This document shows positions 1 to 8,999 of a stretch of DNA of 64,000 bases, piece after piece. The notes beneath the pieces were generated by a model. The model was not told the DNA's origin, did not search any database, and saw only the letters and a list, made by a program, of their open reading frames with translations. The position numbers and the translations under genes are program-made. Each line of letters begins with the position of its first letter. Positions within the stretch are counted from its first letter, which is position 1. The DNA is from Escherichia phage vB_EcoM_ASO1A: the sequence record MZ726791.1; one strand, given 5' to 3'.

Positions 1-2292
1 ATGACACCTGAGATGTTCAGCCTTTTGAGTTCTGGTGTATATACCTTTAAAGAAAGGGCAGTGATTCGTGAACTGTCATGTAACGCAGTAGATGCTCAGA
101 AAGAAGCTGGAAAAGAGAACATCCCATTCCATGTGCATTTACCTACTCGTTTTGAGCCTTACTTCGAAGTTCGTGATTTTGGAACTGGATTGACTCATGA
201 TAAAGTTATGAGTTTGTACCTAAACTATGGAGCTTCTACGAAGAATGACTCTAATGACTACATTGGTGCAATGGGTATCGGCTCAAAGTCACCATTTGCA
301 ATTGCTCAGTCATTCACAGTATCTAGCTATGTTGATGGTGTTGTTAATAAGTACTCTGTTTATCTTGAGAATGGTATCCCTCAAGTAACTAAGCTGACAA
401 CTAACCCAACAAAAGAACCTAATGGTTTAGCTGTACGTGTGGCGGTTGCTGACCACCGTATCTCAAAGTTCTTTGAAGAAGCTGGGAATGTGTACTCATA
501 CTTCACTGTAAAACCAGAAAGTAATATTGAGTACGACGATGTATTAGCAGATATGAACGTCATTGCCCGTGAAGAAGGTGTTTATGATGCCATGATTCAT
601 AAGCACAGCTGGCGTTCTAGTGATAACAGGACAGAGTTTAATGTGGTGATGGGTAACATTGCCTACCCTGTTAACATGGAAGCATTACTTGGTGATGATT
701 TCTTCAAAGTATTGCCAGAATTTTTCCGTAGGAGCGTAGACCTTGTAAACATCTACATGCCTATTGGTTCAGTCGCTATTGCAGCTTCTCGTGAAGCATT
801 GCAGATGAATGACACGACAAAAAATGTTATCATTGAGGCTACTAAAAAGATAACTGAAGCAATTACAAAGGATGTTATCAAGAAAGTTAACAGTCAACCT
901 ACACTCATGGATGCTGCACAGGCTTATGCTGAGTTACGTTTGAACTCACGAGAGATGTTTAATGCTGTGTGTCCAAAGTTAGAGTGGGGAGGCGTTAAGC
1001 TTGATTCTCTGGAAGAAGAATTACTAAACATTCGTCGTGGAATTATCTACGCAGAAGACGGCTCAGTCATTTATGAACGTGACGGTAAAGGTAATATTAA
1101 GGTTGATAGGAACGGAAACAACATCCCTAAAGTAGATTATCTTTATGACCCAGTTGCTTATGTCAAGTTCAACTCTTTAGAGAGTAAGATTCGTGCAACA
1201 GCACTTTCCTACACTCAAGAGGCAAGTATGTTCAATATCTTTGGCGCAATGCGTAAAAGCCAAATTGAACAGTTTTTGTTTGTTATAAATGACCGTCGCA
1301 ATAAAAATGGTACTGAGAAGACTGTAGGACGCAACCAAATCTTGCGTGGTGCATGTCGAGACTATGCCAGTGAGTCAAGTCTGTTTCACAGATACAATGG
1401 TATTGTGTTTGTATTCTCGACTGAAAAAGAGTTAGATGATTTAATCAATCTACATAAACTTGATAAAAGCTTGTTAAAGATTGTGAAAATGTCTGATAAG
1501 GAGCACCATTACCAGCGCAAAGAAGCTGTAAGGGGTGTTGTAAAACTCTGGAAAGCTGTTCCAGCAGAAGGTGTAGCTTCCTATAAAGAGGTTTCAGAGG
1601 ACTTTGATACAATTGAAGAACCTCAGCTTTACATTAAGGCAGTTGGTGACACAGTTGATGGCGAATGTTTTTGCTCATCTCCAGAAGATGTAGCCAAGTC
1701 AGTTGCTAATGTTACAGGGAAGACAGTCTATGTTTTCCGAAAAGCAAATTGGAAAAAGATACCAGAAGACTGGATTGAAGTAGATGAGAAACTCTTGAAC
1801 GACAGCTTAACTGATGTTCATTGGATTAATCATAACAGGTATATGACACGTATCTATATGAATGGTGTCCTTGACCTTACAAGCAGTTGGATTATTGCCA
1901 GAAACTTTACGTTCAATAACAGGAAGATTTCTCGTGGCTATTGCTATTCACGGGATACAAACAAAACTATCTTCCTAGAAGGAAATGAAGATGCTGTAGA
2001 GGCAATGTTCGGTAAAATCCAATACGTTGCTGCACCATTTGCATACACTTATACTATTAGTGTATTGAAAACTTTGAAAGACTGTCTTGACAATGATACA
2101 AAGCTTTACAAGAAAATTAAGAAAGCTGGTGACCGTATGGTCATTAAGGTGACAAACTACCTTTCAAAAAGAAAACAAGAAAACTTCTTGCTTTCTCATT
2201 TAGATTGGAATAAAGTGTCACCCATCGAAGTGAGTAAGTTCTTAGGTTTTGATGTGAAGTGTGTTCCAGAAGGAACTACAGTTTACGATTAA
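1..2292 (+). CDS. rIIA: rIIA-like protein with GHKL-type ATPase motifs; N-terminus may be cut by window edge
   Basis: ORF begins at base 1; RELSCNAVDA (N-box-like) and RDFGTGL (G1-box-like) near N-terminus resemble T4 rIIA; followed by rIIB-like gene. Confidence 0.7.
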   Translation: MTPEMFSLLSSGVYTFKERAVIRELSCNAVDAQKEAGKENIPFHVHLPTRFEPYFEVRDFGTGLTHDKVMSLYLNYGASTKNDSNDYIGAMGIGSKSPFAIAQSFTVSSYVDGVVNKYSVYLENGIPQVTKLTTNPTKEPNGLAVRVAVADHRISKFFEEAGNVYSYFTVKPESNIEYDDVLADMNVIAREEGVYDAMIHKHSWRSSDNRTEFNVVMGNIAYPVNMEALLGDDFFKVLPEFFRRSVDLVNIYMPIGSVAIAASREALQMNDTTKNVIIEATKKITEAITKDVIKKVNSQPTLMDAAQAYAELRLNSREMFNAVCPKLEWGGVKLDSLEEELLNIRRGIIYAEDGSVIYERDGKGNIKVDRNGNNIPKVDYLYDPVAYVKFNSLESKIRATALSYTQEASMFNIFGAMRKSQIEQFLFVINDRRNKNGTEKTVGRNQILRGACRDYASESSLFHRYNGIVFVFSTEKELDDLINLHKLDKSLLKIVKMSDKEHHYQRKEAVRGVVKLWKAVPAEGVASYKEVSEDFDTIEEPQLYIKAVGDTVDGECFCSSPEDVAKSVANVTGKTVYVFRKANWKKIPEDWIEVDEKLLNDSLTDVHWINHNRYMTRIYMNGVLDLTSSWIIARNFTFNNRKISRGYCYSRDTNKTIFLEGNEDAVEAMFGKIQYVAAPFAYTYTISVLKTLKDCLDNDTKLYKKIKKAGDRMVIKVTNYLSKRKQENFLLSHLDWNKVSPIEVSKFLGFDVKCVPEGTTVYD

Positions 2293-2297
2293 AGTGT

Positions 2298-2327
2298 TTG
2301 ACAAGGGGCTTCAAAGCCCCTTAGAAT
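2298..2327 (+). promoter_or_regulatory. sigma70-like promoter upstream of rIIB-like gene
   Basis: TTGACA, 17-18 bp spacer containing GGGGCTTCAAAGCCCC hairpin, TAGAAT. Confidence 0.45.
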
Positions 2328-2371
2328 ATCCTCACAAAATGATTTATTAACTAACAAGAGAGAGTAATAAG

Positions 2372-3481
2372 ATGACTACTAAAACTAAAGCACAGATTGA
2401 CGCAGAAATTTACAAACTGGTTAAAGAAGGTAAGCTGACTAAAACAGCTATTGCACAGAAATTTAATACTTCAACCCGTTCAGTCGGTCGTGCTGTAGAG
2501 CGTCATGAAGCAACCTTAAAAGGTAAGAAAAAGGTAGCTTCTAAACCAGCTACGAAGACTTTGAAGCAAGTTGCTAAGACCTTTAAAAAGAAAGCTGACA
2601 AGCCAGTTAAAAAGGTTGTTAAAGATTCTGTACAGAAAGCTCCAGTAAATAAACTGCACGAAGCTATGCAGAAAGATGACAAGATTGAGTACATGATTAC
2701 TGGCGACTCTGTAATTATGACTTACGGTTCAGAATCTGAAATTGTTGAGTCTACTCATCCGAACTATCAAGAGATTGTAGTTCATGTTGTGAAAGGTGAG
2801 TTCAAGAAAGCCTTTGAACTGATGAACATTCGTAAGTCTATCGAAAACTTCACGCAGGGAGCTATCACAATCAAAGGTGATAAGCTATTCTACGGTGCTG
2901 TTGAGATGCGTTCTACTCTGGTTGACCGTATACTTCACATGATGAAGACTGGTGATAAAGGTTTTGAACGACTTGTAATGTTCTTCGAAAAACTGATGGA
3001 AAACCCATCTAAAGATTCTGTAGAACAACTTTGGGGATTCATATCTCACCTTGATGTTGAAATTGATGAAGAAGGCTACATCATTGGTTGGAAGAAAGTC
3101 TCTACTCGTGAAGGCAAGCTGGTTGACTCCCGCACCTGCAAAGTACCTAATGATTTGGGTAACATTGTAGAAATGCCACGTTGGATGGTTGATAATAACC
3201 GTAACGTGACTTGCTCTCAAGGTCTTCACGTTGGTGCTTGGGATTATGTTCGTTACTTCTCAGGTGATACAATTCTGAAGGTTCGTGTCCATCCACGAGA
3301 CGTTGTATCCGTACCAACTGATTACAACGATATGAAGATGCGCTCGTCTCGTTATGAAGTTGCAGCAATCGTTGATAATCAACGTAAAGTACTGAAAGCA
3401 TGGGATGGCAAGACTGAAGCTTTGCATGTCATCGTTGGCACTGCTGGTGAACTTATCTCTCAGCGTAAACGTGAAATCTAA
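2372..3481 (+). CDS. rIIB: rIIB-like protein
   Basis: Immediately downstream of rIIA-like gene; LFYGAVEMRSTLVDRIL segment resembles T4 rIIB from memory; lysine-rich N-terminal region. Confidence 0.55.
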   Translation: MTTKTKAQIDAEIYKLVKEGKLTKTAIAQKFNTSTRSVGRAVERHEATLKGKKKVASKPATKTLKQVAKTFKKKADKPVKKVVKDSVQKAPVNKLHEAMQKDDKIEYMITGDSVIMTYGSESEIVESTHPNYQEIVVHVVKGEFKKAFELMNIRKSIENFTQGAITIKGDKLFYGAVEMRSTLVDRILHMMKTGDKGFERLVMFFEKLMENPSKDSVEQLWGFISHLDVEIDEEGYIIGWKKVSTREGKLVDSRTCKVPNDLGNIVEMPRWMVDNNRNVTCSQGLHVGAWDYVRYFSGDTILKVRVHPRDVVSVPTDYNDMKMRSSRYEVAAIVDNQRKVLKAWDGKTEALHVIVGTAGELISQRKREI

Positions 3482-3496
3482 TAAGTAATTTCTTAA

Positions 3497-3522
3497 AAGG
3501 CTGCTTCGGCGGCCTTTTTTTA
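3497..3522 (+). terminator. rho-independent terminator
   Basis: AGGCTGCTTCGGCGGCCT hairpin followed by T7 run. Confidence 0.7.
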
Positions 3523-3582
3523 TTTGTATTTTGTGCAGAGTGCTGTATAATTGTTGTCACGATAAACTAAACAGGAGAACCA

Positions 3583-4131
3583 ATGAAGAAATTGATTCTA
3601 GGTTTGTGCTTAATGCTTACAGCACACTTATCTTATGCAGTTGACTGCCCAGAGCTATCAATTAGCCAAAAAGTAAACATGTTAAAAGCTTACCAGTATG
3701 GTGAGAACAACATGGGTAAAGGTTGGGGTATCACTCTAGCTGCTATAGCCTTACAAGAGTCAGAGTTAGGTCTGAAGGTAGAGAATAAAAAGACACATGA
3801 TTATGGTATTTTCCAGAATCACTTGAAGACTGTTGTAAAGCGTAACAAAATTAGTCCTAATGTGGCTAAAAAGAAACTCTTAAAAGACTTTAACTATGCT
3901 GCGAAGGAAACTCACAAAGAGCTTGAGTTTTGGACAAAGGTGCATGGTCAGCCAAAGTCAAAGAAGACTTTACAAAAAGTTTTAGCATCATATAATGCTG
4001 GGTATTCGTACAAAATCCCTAAAGCTAAGAAATATTCTCAAGATGTCTATAACAACATGAAAGTCATTGCTCAATGTGAATTTGCAACAAACATTTCTAA
4101 GGTAAACCATGAAAAAATTAAAAAAGTCTGA
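3583..4131 (+). CDS. secreted lytic transglycosylase-like protein (SLT motifs)
   Basis: N-terminal signal peptide MKKLILGLCLMLTAHLSYA; ES catalytic pair, GIFQ and SYNAGYS motifs spaced as in family-1 lytic transglycosylases; AGGAG RBS. Confidence 0.55.
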   Translation: MKKLILGLCLMLTAHLSYAVDCPELSISQKVNMLKAYQYGENNMGKGWGITLAAIALQESELGLKVENKKTHDYGIFQNHLKTVVKRNKISPNVAKKKLLKDFNYAAKETHKELEFWTKVHGQPKSKKTLQKVLASYNAGYSYKIPKAKKYSQDVYNNMKVIAQCEFATNISKVNHEKIKKV

Positions 4132-4804
4132 TGAAGTGCTGTGTCATGCTTACGACTTACATCCTCATGAGTTAGGTCTTGATTCCTGTGTATGGACTCC
4201 AGAACAGTGTAGGGATTTTGAAGACACTGCAAGAGAAGTTGTATGTTCACTCGAAGAGTTCCACACATCAGAGCCAATTGTGAATGTTGTAGATAAAGAG
4301 ACTGGACAAACTATAGGTGTAAGTCGTGATAGCTTAGTCATAGTCAATAAAGACCTTGTAGAAAAAGGTAACCTCATCTTAGCAGATATTGATGGTGTTC
4401 TTACAAATTTTAATCACGAAGATTGCTCAACGGAATTGACTGATGGGTCATTCTCACAGTACACTAATCTTCTTGACTCTGTAAGAGCAAAACCAACGTA
4501 TGTCTTTAGTATTATTGATGCAATTGCTAATCATGCTGCCATTGGACTCTTGACAGCGAGAGGTGAATCTCAGAGAATACCTACTGAGATGTTTTTAAGG
4601 CACAATATAGAGCATGATTACTTGCTTTTTATGCGTGGTTTTGGAACTAACTCTATAAGTGTAGAAAGTTTGAAAGTGAGGATGATTCAGTCTTGCATCC
4701 TGCCTTACTTTAATATAGTATGTTTTATAGAAGACACAGAGAAGAATGTGCAGAAGGTGAACAGAATCCTTCCACACATTAAAACCATGTTAGTTAAACA
4801 TTGA
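4109..4804 (+). CDS. HAD-superfamily hydrolase-like protein
   Basis: DIDGVLT (DxDGx motif I) and LLTARG motif; overlaps upstream gene by 23 nt. Confidence 0.4.
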   Translation: MKKLKKSDEVLCHAYDLHPHELGLDSCVWTPEQCRDFEDTAREVVCSLEEFHTSEPIVNVVDKETGQTIGVSRDSLVIVNKDLVEKGNLILADIDGVLTNFNHEDCSTELTDGSFSQYTNLLDSVRAKPTYVFSIIDAIANHAAIGLLTARGESQRIPTEMFLRHNIEHDYLLFMRGFGTNSISVESLKVRMIQSCILPYFNIVCFIEDTEKNVQKVNRILPHIKTMLVKH

Positions 4805-4814
4805 GAGAAAACTT

Positions 4815-5279
4815 ATGAACAATATCATTACGGTAGCACTGGACGATACGGTAAACAAATCTGCAATAGTTCGTAAAATGATTCAAGGTAACTTTGAAGG
4901 TAAAATTTTTCGTGCTGTTAATGTAAAAGCTGATGGCAGCATTCGTGAATATCGTGCATTATTGAATGTTAAAAAACACGTAAAAGGTGCTGGTTCAACT
5001 ACTGCACACAAAGAAAACCTGATGACTATCTATGATATGGGCAAGGCTTCAGAGTTAGGTGCTGAAGGTATCGTTAAAGAAGGTGCTCCGTATCGCTCTT
5101 TCAATCTGGAAACTACTCTTATGCTTTCCTTTACAAGTGGTTCTAAAACAATCACTTATCTCTTTACTGATGCTGCAACGGTATCTGCTATTAAGGATAG
5201 CACTGTCAAAGCTGGCGTAGTTGCTGCTGCAAAAGCTTCTTCGATGGCTGCGAATATCCTTGCTAAAGTCCTCGGTTAA
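4815..5279 (+). CDS. hypothetical protein
   Basis: 154-aa ORF ending before hairpin terminator at 5291. Confidence 0.45.
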   Translation: MNNIITVALDDTVNKSAIVRKMIQGNFEGKIFRAVNVKADGSIREYRALLNVKKHVKGAGSTTAHKENLMTIYDMGKASELGAEGIVKEGAPYRSFNLETTLMLSFTSGSKTITYLFTDAATVSAIKDSTVKAGVVAAAKASSMAANILAKVLG

Positions 5280-5290
5280 GGTTAAGATAC

Positions 5291-5313
5291 AGGCTCCTTC
5301 GGGAGCCTTTTTC
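5291..5313 (+). terminator. rho-independent terminator
   Basis: AGGCTCCTTCGGGAGCCT hairpin plus T run. Confidence 0.7.
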
Positions 5314-5331
5314 ATTTTAGGAGATTGTTAA

Positions 5332-5679
5332 ATGACATTTAAAGAGTTCTGTCAAGCTACTTTCATAATTGTTTTCTTAGTTGGTGCAGGTGTCTGGGGA
5401 GGATACTCTTACAGAGACTATCAAGTTGCTGAAACTGAGCTAAATAATGAGAAACTAATAAGTGTTGCTAAAGATGCTTATCAGGAAGGTTTAGCCACAC
5501 TCAGCACCAATTACAAAAATGATTTGAAAGATGTGCTTGCTAAGAATAAGCATACAAAAGAGGTACTAACATATGAAAAAACTAAGCCAGAGTTTTATAA
5601 TGTTTGTGTTACTGATAACTATGTCAGGGTGTTCAACGAACAAAGTGAGCAGTACATTCAAAAACTCCCAAGTAAGTGA
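5332..5679 (+). CDS. membrane protein with N-terminal TM helix (i-spanin-like architecture, tentative)
   Basis: AGGAG RBS; hydrophobic segment FIIVFLVGAGVWGG near N-terminus; 3' end overlapped by lipoprotein gene in +1 frame. Confidence 0.4.
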   Translation: MTFKEFCQATFIIVFLVGAGVWGGYSYRDYQVAETELNNEKLISVAKDAYQEGLATLSTNYKNDLKDVLAKNKHTKEVLTYEKTKPEFYNVCVTDNYVRVFNEQSEQYIQKLPSK

Positions 5680-5842
5680 GGGTGATAAGTACACCCAAGA
5701 AGAATCACGGTATATCATCAAAGGCAACACAGGCAGCGATGTAGCAGCAGCCCTTGAGTTCTATCGTGACGGCTTTTACCAGTGCACAATCAAAGCTAAC
5801 AACCTTATTGACATGATTTTATTAGGGAATAAGCAGCAATGA
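5573..5842 (+). CDS. lipoprotein (o-spanin-like architecture, tentative)
   Basis: AGAGG RBS; signal peptide with lipobox ITMSGC; starts inside preceding ORF in +1 frame. Confidence 0.4.
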   Translation: MKKLSQSFIMFVLLITMSGCSTNKVSSTFKNSQVSEGDKYTQEESRYIIKGNTGSDVAAALEFYRDGFYQCTIKANNLIDMILLGNKQQ

Positions 5843-6108
5843 CAGAGAATCAAGATACTTTTTACGTAGAAGGGTACTTACTGTTACCACGACCAAAAGA
5901 GACTTATATGCGAATTGATTTCTCACCAACCATTATGGATAATGTGATGTGCCATATCTTTATGCAAGGTGTCACAGCACAGCTTAAACATGTTGGTAAA
6001 GAGTGCAAAATAAAGGTTGACACTCATCCAGAAATCAAAGAGAATCACTACACATGGTTCTTACCAGATTCTAAAGAAATCTTAGCAGTTCTTAAAACGA
6101 GGAAGTAG
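5839..6108 (+). CDS. hypothetical protein
   Basis: 89-aa ORF, start overlaps previous stop. Confidence 0.4.
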   Translation: MTENQDTFYVEGYLLLPRPKETYMRIDFSPTIMDNVMCHIFMQGVTAQLKHVGKECKIKVDTHPEIKENHYTWFLPDSKEILAVLKTRK

Positions 6109-6110
6109 CT

Positions 6111-6437
6111 ATGCAGATTAATGGAAGAGACTTTGTAGCCGTTTACTATGATAACAATAAAGAAGTTGGTGTAGCACAGGTAACCTATGGCAATGGTAAG
6201 TGGCTATATGGAACAATCGCAGTAGTAGGAACAAGAAGTGATACAAAAACTTTTAAAGATTGTGTTGACCTTCTTGAAGAATCCATCCACAATCATTGGT
6301 GTCTGATATGGATGACTGATAACGAAGTGATGGAGCGTTTCAAAAAGATTGATATCAACATTGACAGTATTGAGCATGTTGATTTATATGAACTAACTGA
6401 GAAGGTAAACTATGAAAGTAATACTAGCCAGAGATAA
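6111..6437 (+). CDS. hypothetical protein
   Basis: 108-aa ORF with GAGGA RBS, tightly packed. Confidence 0.45.
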   Translation: MQINGRDFVAVYYDNNKEVGVAQVTYGNGKWLYGTIAVVGTRSDTKTFKDCVDLLEESIHNHWCLIWMTDNEVMERFKKIDINIDSIEHVDLYELTEKVNYESNTSQR

Positions 6438-6639
6438 AAAGACACGAAAACTTATAAGGTCAGCAGTATTCATTGGACGAAATGAGGTCATCCCATTTAC
6501 AGCAAATGATGTGATAGCTTACAGGAAGAACTTAGTATTCACTGACTGCTTACGTGGCTTCATCTCTGAACCATTGGAAGACTTTAAAAGTCGTTGTGGT
6601 AAAGGTATCATCATTCAAGAGGCAATTATTCATGGCTGA
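6412..6639 (+). CDS. hypothetical protein
   Basis: 75-aa ORF, AAGGT RBS. Confidence 0.4.
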   Translation: MKVILARDKKTRKLIRSAVFIGRNEVIPFTANDVIAYRKNLVFTDCLRGFISEPLEDFKSRCGKGIIIQEAIIHG

Positions 6640-6832
6640 CTTCTGTAAAGACTGTTCTATCGAAATGTTCGGACGTGATACAGGTGACTTAAAAGGTCTT
6701 ATCACTGAAGATGATTTTAAAGCTGGTTATGCAATGCCAGTAATCTGTGAAGGTTGTGGGTGCATCTGGGTAGACCATGAGGGGCAACGTGTAAAACCTT
6801 CAGAAGATAAAGAATCTTGGGAGAGATGCTAA
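6632..6832 (+). CDS. small Cys-rich protein (possible zinc ribbon)
   Basis: Internal ATG with AGAGG RBS inside track ORF 6554..6832; CKDC and CEGCGC pairs. Confidence 0.35.
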   Translation: MADFCKDCSIEMFGRDTGDLKGLITEDDFKAGYAMPVICEGCGCIWVDHEGQRVKPSEDKESWERC

Positions 6833-7618
6833 ATGGGTATTGTAAAAATCATCAATGGTGATATCTTTGCTGCATTTGATAAAGGTAAGTTTGACATCAT
6901 TGGTCATGGTTGTAACTGCATGAACCTAATGGGCGCAGGTATCGCTGACAAGATTTCTAAACTTTACCCAAAAGCATATGAGACCGATACAGAAGTTTAT
7001 CTCTATGCAGGTGGTATAGGTCACAAACCCTGTGAGAATTTACTAGGTAATTTCTCTGTAGCACGCTTAAAACAAGGTCGTATAGCTAACCTTTACACTC
7101 AGCTTAAGACTGGTAAAGATGCCCGATACAGTGCTTTAGAGTCATCTTTGAAGCAACTTAACAGATACTGTGAAGTTAATCAGTTGAAGAAAGTTGGTTT
7201 ACCTATGATTGGTGCAGGTATCGGTGGACTTGACCCTCAAGCCGTCACAGTTATCATCAATCAGGTGATGAAGAGTGTAGATGTTTATCTATATGTCTAT
7301 GAAGGAGAGATGTACCACAAGTTACTCTCAGGTTGGAAGAACTACTGTGAACCAGAATACTTTGCAGGTGTAGCAGTGTTCACAGATAACGCAGTTACCC
7401 TCTTCAGACGAAGAAAAGGTAAGATACATCAAAGTAACCCTCCGGTTGAAAAGATGTCTCTAAGTAACGCTCTAGTTACCCACCTGTCAAAGAGCAATCA
7501 CAGAATTGCTGTAACATTTGGTAGTGATGCAGAAGCTTATATCTATGCAAGAACTGATGAGGATATTGAGGCAATCTTCTCTTCACCAGAAGTTACCTTC
7601 TTAGACGCAAAGAACTAA
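6833..7618 (+). CDS. macro-domain protein (ADP-ribose binding/hydrolase-like)
   Basis: NGDIF...DIIGHGCNCMNLMGAGIA and LPMIGAGIGGL segments match macro-domain signature pattern (GDIT...NAAN...GGGV; FPAISTGxYG). Confidence 0.55.
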   Translation: MGIVKIINGDIFAAFDKGKFDIIGHGCNCMNLMGAGIADKISKLYPKAYETDTEVYLYAGGIGHKPCENLLGNFSVARLKQGRIANLYTQLKTGKDARYSALESSLKQLNRYCEVNQLKKVGLPMIGAGIGGLDPQAVTVIINQVMKSVDVYLYVYEGEMYHKLLSGWKNYCEPEYFAGVAVFTDNAVTLFRRRKGKIHQSNPPVEKMSLSNALVTHLSKSNHRIAVTFGSDAEAYIYARTDEDIEAIFSSPEVTFLDAKN

Positions 7619-7679
7619 GAAACTCTGTAGGATATTCACAATAGCCTAAGCCTTTCTTATCTGGTAAATTTTTCAGGTA

Positions 7680-7880
7680 AGGAGGGCTTTTTCATTTCAG
7701 ATTTGTGCAGGTAGAGTTCTGTAGAGAAATCTATAGAGAAAATTTTGAACTCCAAAGAGAAAATTCATTTTCAAACTGTGCAGGTAATCTCCAAAGAGCT
7801 TTTTCATTTTCAAAACGTGCAGACCCCGCTCAGGTCGGGCAAGAAAAATCATTTTAGAATTGTGCAGGTAGGTTTTTATA
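7680..7880. repeat. four imperfect tandem repeats (~45-55 bp) ending in TGTGCAGGTA
   Basis: Recurring TTTCATTT..N..TGTGCAGGTA units at about 7691, 7757, 7803 and 7848. Confidence 0.6.
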
Positions 7881-7888
7881 GACAGCCA

Positions 7889-7929
7889 GCCCAACCCCTC
7901 TCCCCCTCTTACTCCCCCTCTCCCAAAAA
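7889..7929. repeat. pyrimidine (C/T)-rich tract
   Basis: AGCCCAACCCCTCTCCCCCTCTTACTCCCCCTCTCCC, compositionally unlike surrounding AT-rich DNA. Confidence 0.6.
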
Positions 7930-8046
7930 GTCAAGAGAAAAATTTGTAGCGGATTGAAAAATAATTCTTGATTTGCGTTCTGTTTTGTGGTAGTCGTGCG
8001 CACCCGTTTCATTACAGTTTTGCCAAAAATATTTTTAAAATTTTTA

Positions 8047-8075
8047 TTGACTCTTTGAACGTGGTTATCTAATAT
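8047..8075 (+). promoter_or_regulatory. strong sigma70-like early promoter
   Basis: TTGACT, 17 bp spacer, TAATAT. Confidence 0.6.
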
Positions 8076-8079
8076 TTAC

Positions 8080-8138
8080 ATCAACGGGGAGGGAATGACC
8101 TTCCCCACTAAATAAAATCCTAAACTGGAGATTCAAAA
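8080..8138 (+). promoter_or_regulatory. conserved leader cassette type A (copy 1)
   Basis: ATCAACGGGGAGGGAATGACCTTCCCCACTAAATAAA..CTAAACTGGAGATTC hairpin plus SD directly before ATG. Confidence 0.7.
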
Positions 8139-8327
8139 ATGGCATCAAGAAAAATTAAAGTTGGCGATGAGGTTAACATTAAGCACGAATACTCTTACAA
8201 AATGCTAACTATACGCTCTTATAAGGTTTATCAGGTGGAAGCTATCCACAAAGATAATACTTTTTCCTTAAAAGGGTATAGCGAACGTTTCCCTGCTGAA
8301 CTCTTTGAGAAATGGAGCGCGAAATAA
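8139..8327 (+). CDS. hypothetical early protein
   Basis: ORF directly after type A leader. Confidence 0.5.
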   Translation: MASRKIKVGDEVNIKHEYSYKMLTIRSYKVYQVEAIHKDNTFSLKGYSERFPAELFEKWSAK

Positions 8328-8533
8328 TGCTTTACAGTCGTGAATTGATGGTTACAACTAACGTTAACACAAAGGTAAAACGTTTTTACATGCAAATTTG
8401 TGGCGTATGGTCTAGAATATCAGAAGCTGACTATTGCAACTATGTAGAAACAGCTATAAACTCTAATTGCTACCTTACAAGAAATACTAAGAATTTTACA
8501 AGGCAAACAGCGATTTACTATTACGATAAATAA
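8327..8533 (+). CDS. hypothetical early protein
   Basis: ATG at 8327 with GGAG RBS inside track ORF 8312..8533. Confidence 0.4.
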   Translation: MLYSRELMVTTNVNTKVKRFYMQICGVWSRISEADYCNYVETAINSNCYLTRNTKNFTRQTAIYYYDK

Positions 8534-8620
8534 AAGTACTTTACAAGGGGCTTATAGTTCGATAAAGTAAGCCTCAGATAAAGAGCTTTACCACTCAATC
8601 CTAAATTGGAGAACTTAAAA
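8534..8620 (+). promoter_or_regulatory. conserved leader cassette type B (copy 1)
   Basis: AGTACTTTACAAGGGGCTTATAGTTCGATAAAGTAAGCC.CAGATAAAGAGCTTTACCACT..CCTAAATTGGAGA. Confidence 0.7.
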
Positions 8621-8914
8621 ATGGCTATTATCAAAAACGTTGTAATTACTGCAAAGACTCGTGATGACGCTCGCGTTATGGCTAAAAAGTTATGCGGGAA
8701 AGTGGTTGACAATGGAAAACAATCTGCTGTAAGGTGGGGCGTGAAGGTTGATAAACAGTTGAAGTTAAAAAATTCACCGATAAACCTTTTTACATGTGTA
8801 AACACTATCGGGAAGACAAATGTATACACGAAAAAGGCATACATTAGACGCGTAGCATTAACATCCCCCATTCGTACAATGAGAAGTTATGCAAAGCTGA
8901 AAATTAACAAATAA
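8621..8914 (+). CDS. hypothetical early protein
   Basis: ATG 8621 after GGAGA RBS; track start 8606 is a TTG inside the leader. Confidence 0.5.
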   Translation: MAIIKNVVITAKTRDDARVMAKKLCGKVVDNGKQSAVRWGVKVDKQLKLKNSPINLFTCVNTIGKTNVYTKKAYIRRVALTSPIRTMRSYAKLKINK

Positions 8915-8999
8915 AGTACTTTACAGGGGGCTTAAAAGCTGATACCTTAAGCCCCAGATAAAGAGCTTTACCACTAAATCCTAAACTGGAGATTCAAAA
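8915..8999 (+). promoter_or_regulatory. conserved leader cassette type B (copy 2)
   Basis: Same motif family as 8534-8620. Confidence 0.65.

Noticed and set aside
2304-2321. Hairpin AGGGGCTTCAAAGCCCCT after rIIA as a terminator
   Set aside because: No T-run follows; it lies in the spacer of a TTGACA/TAGAAT promoter, so it is more likely a promoter-embedded or processing hairpin than a terminator.
7745-7957. 70-aa plus-strand ORF
   Set aside because: Read entirely across the tandem repeats and the C/T-rich tract; repetitive low-complexity translation; no leader cassette or RBS.
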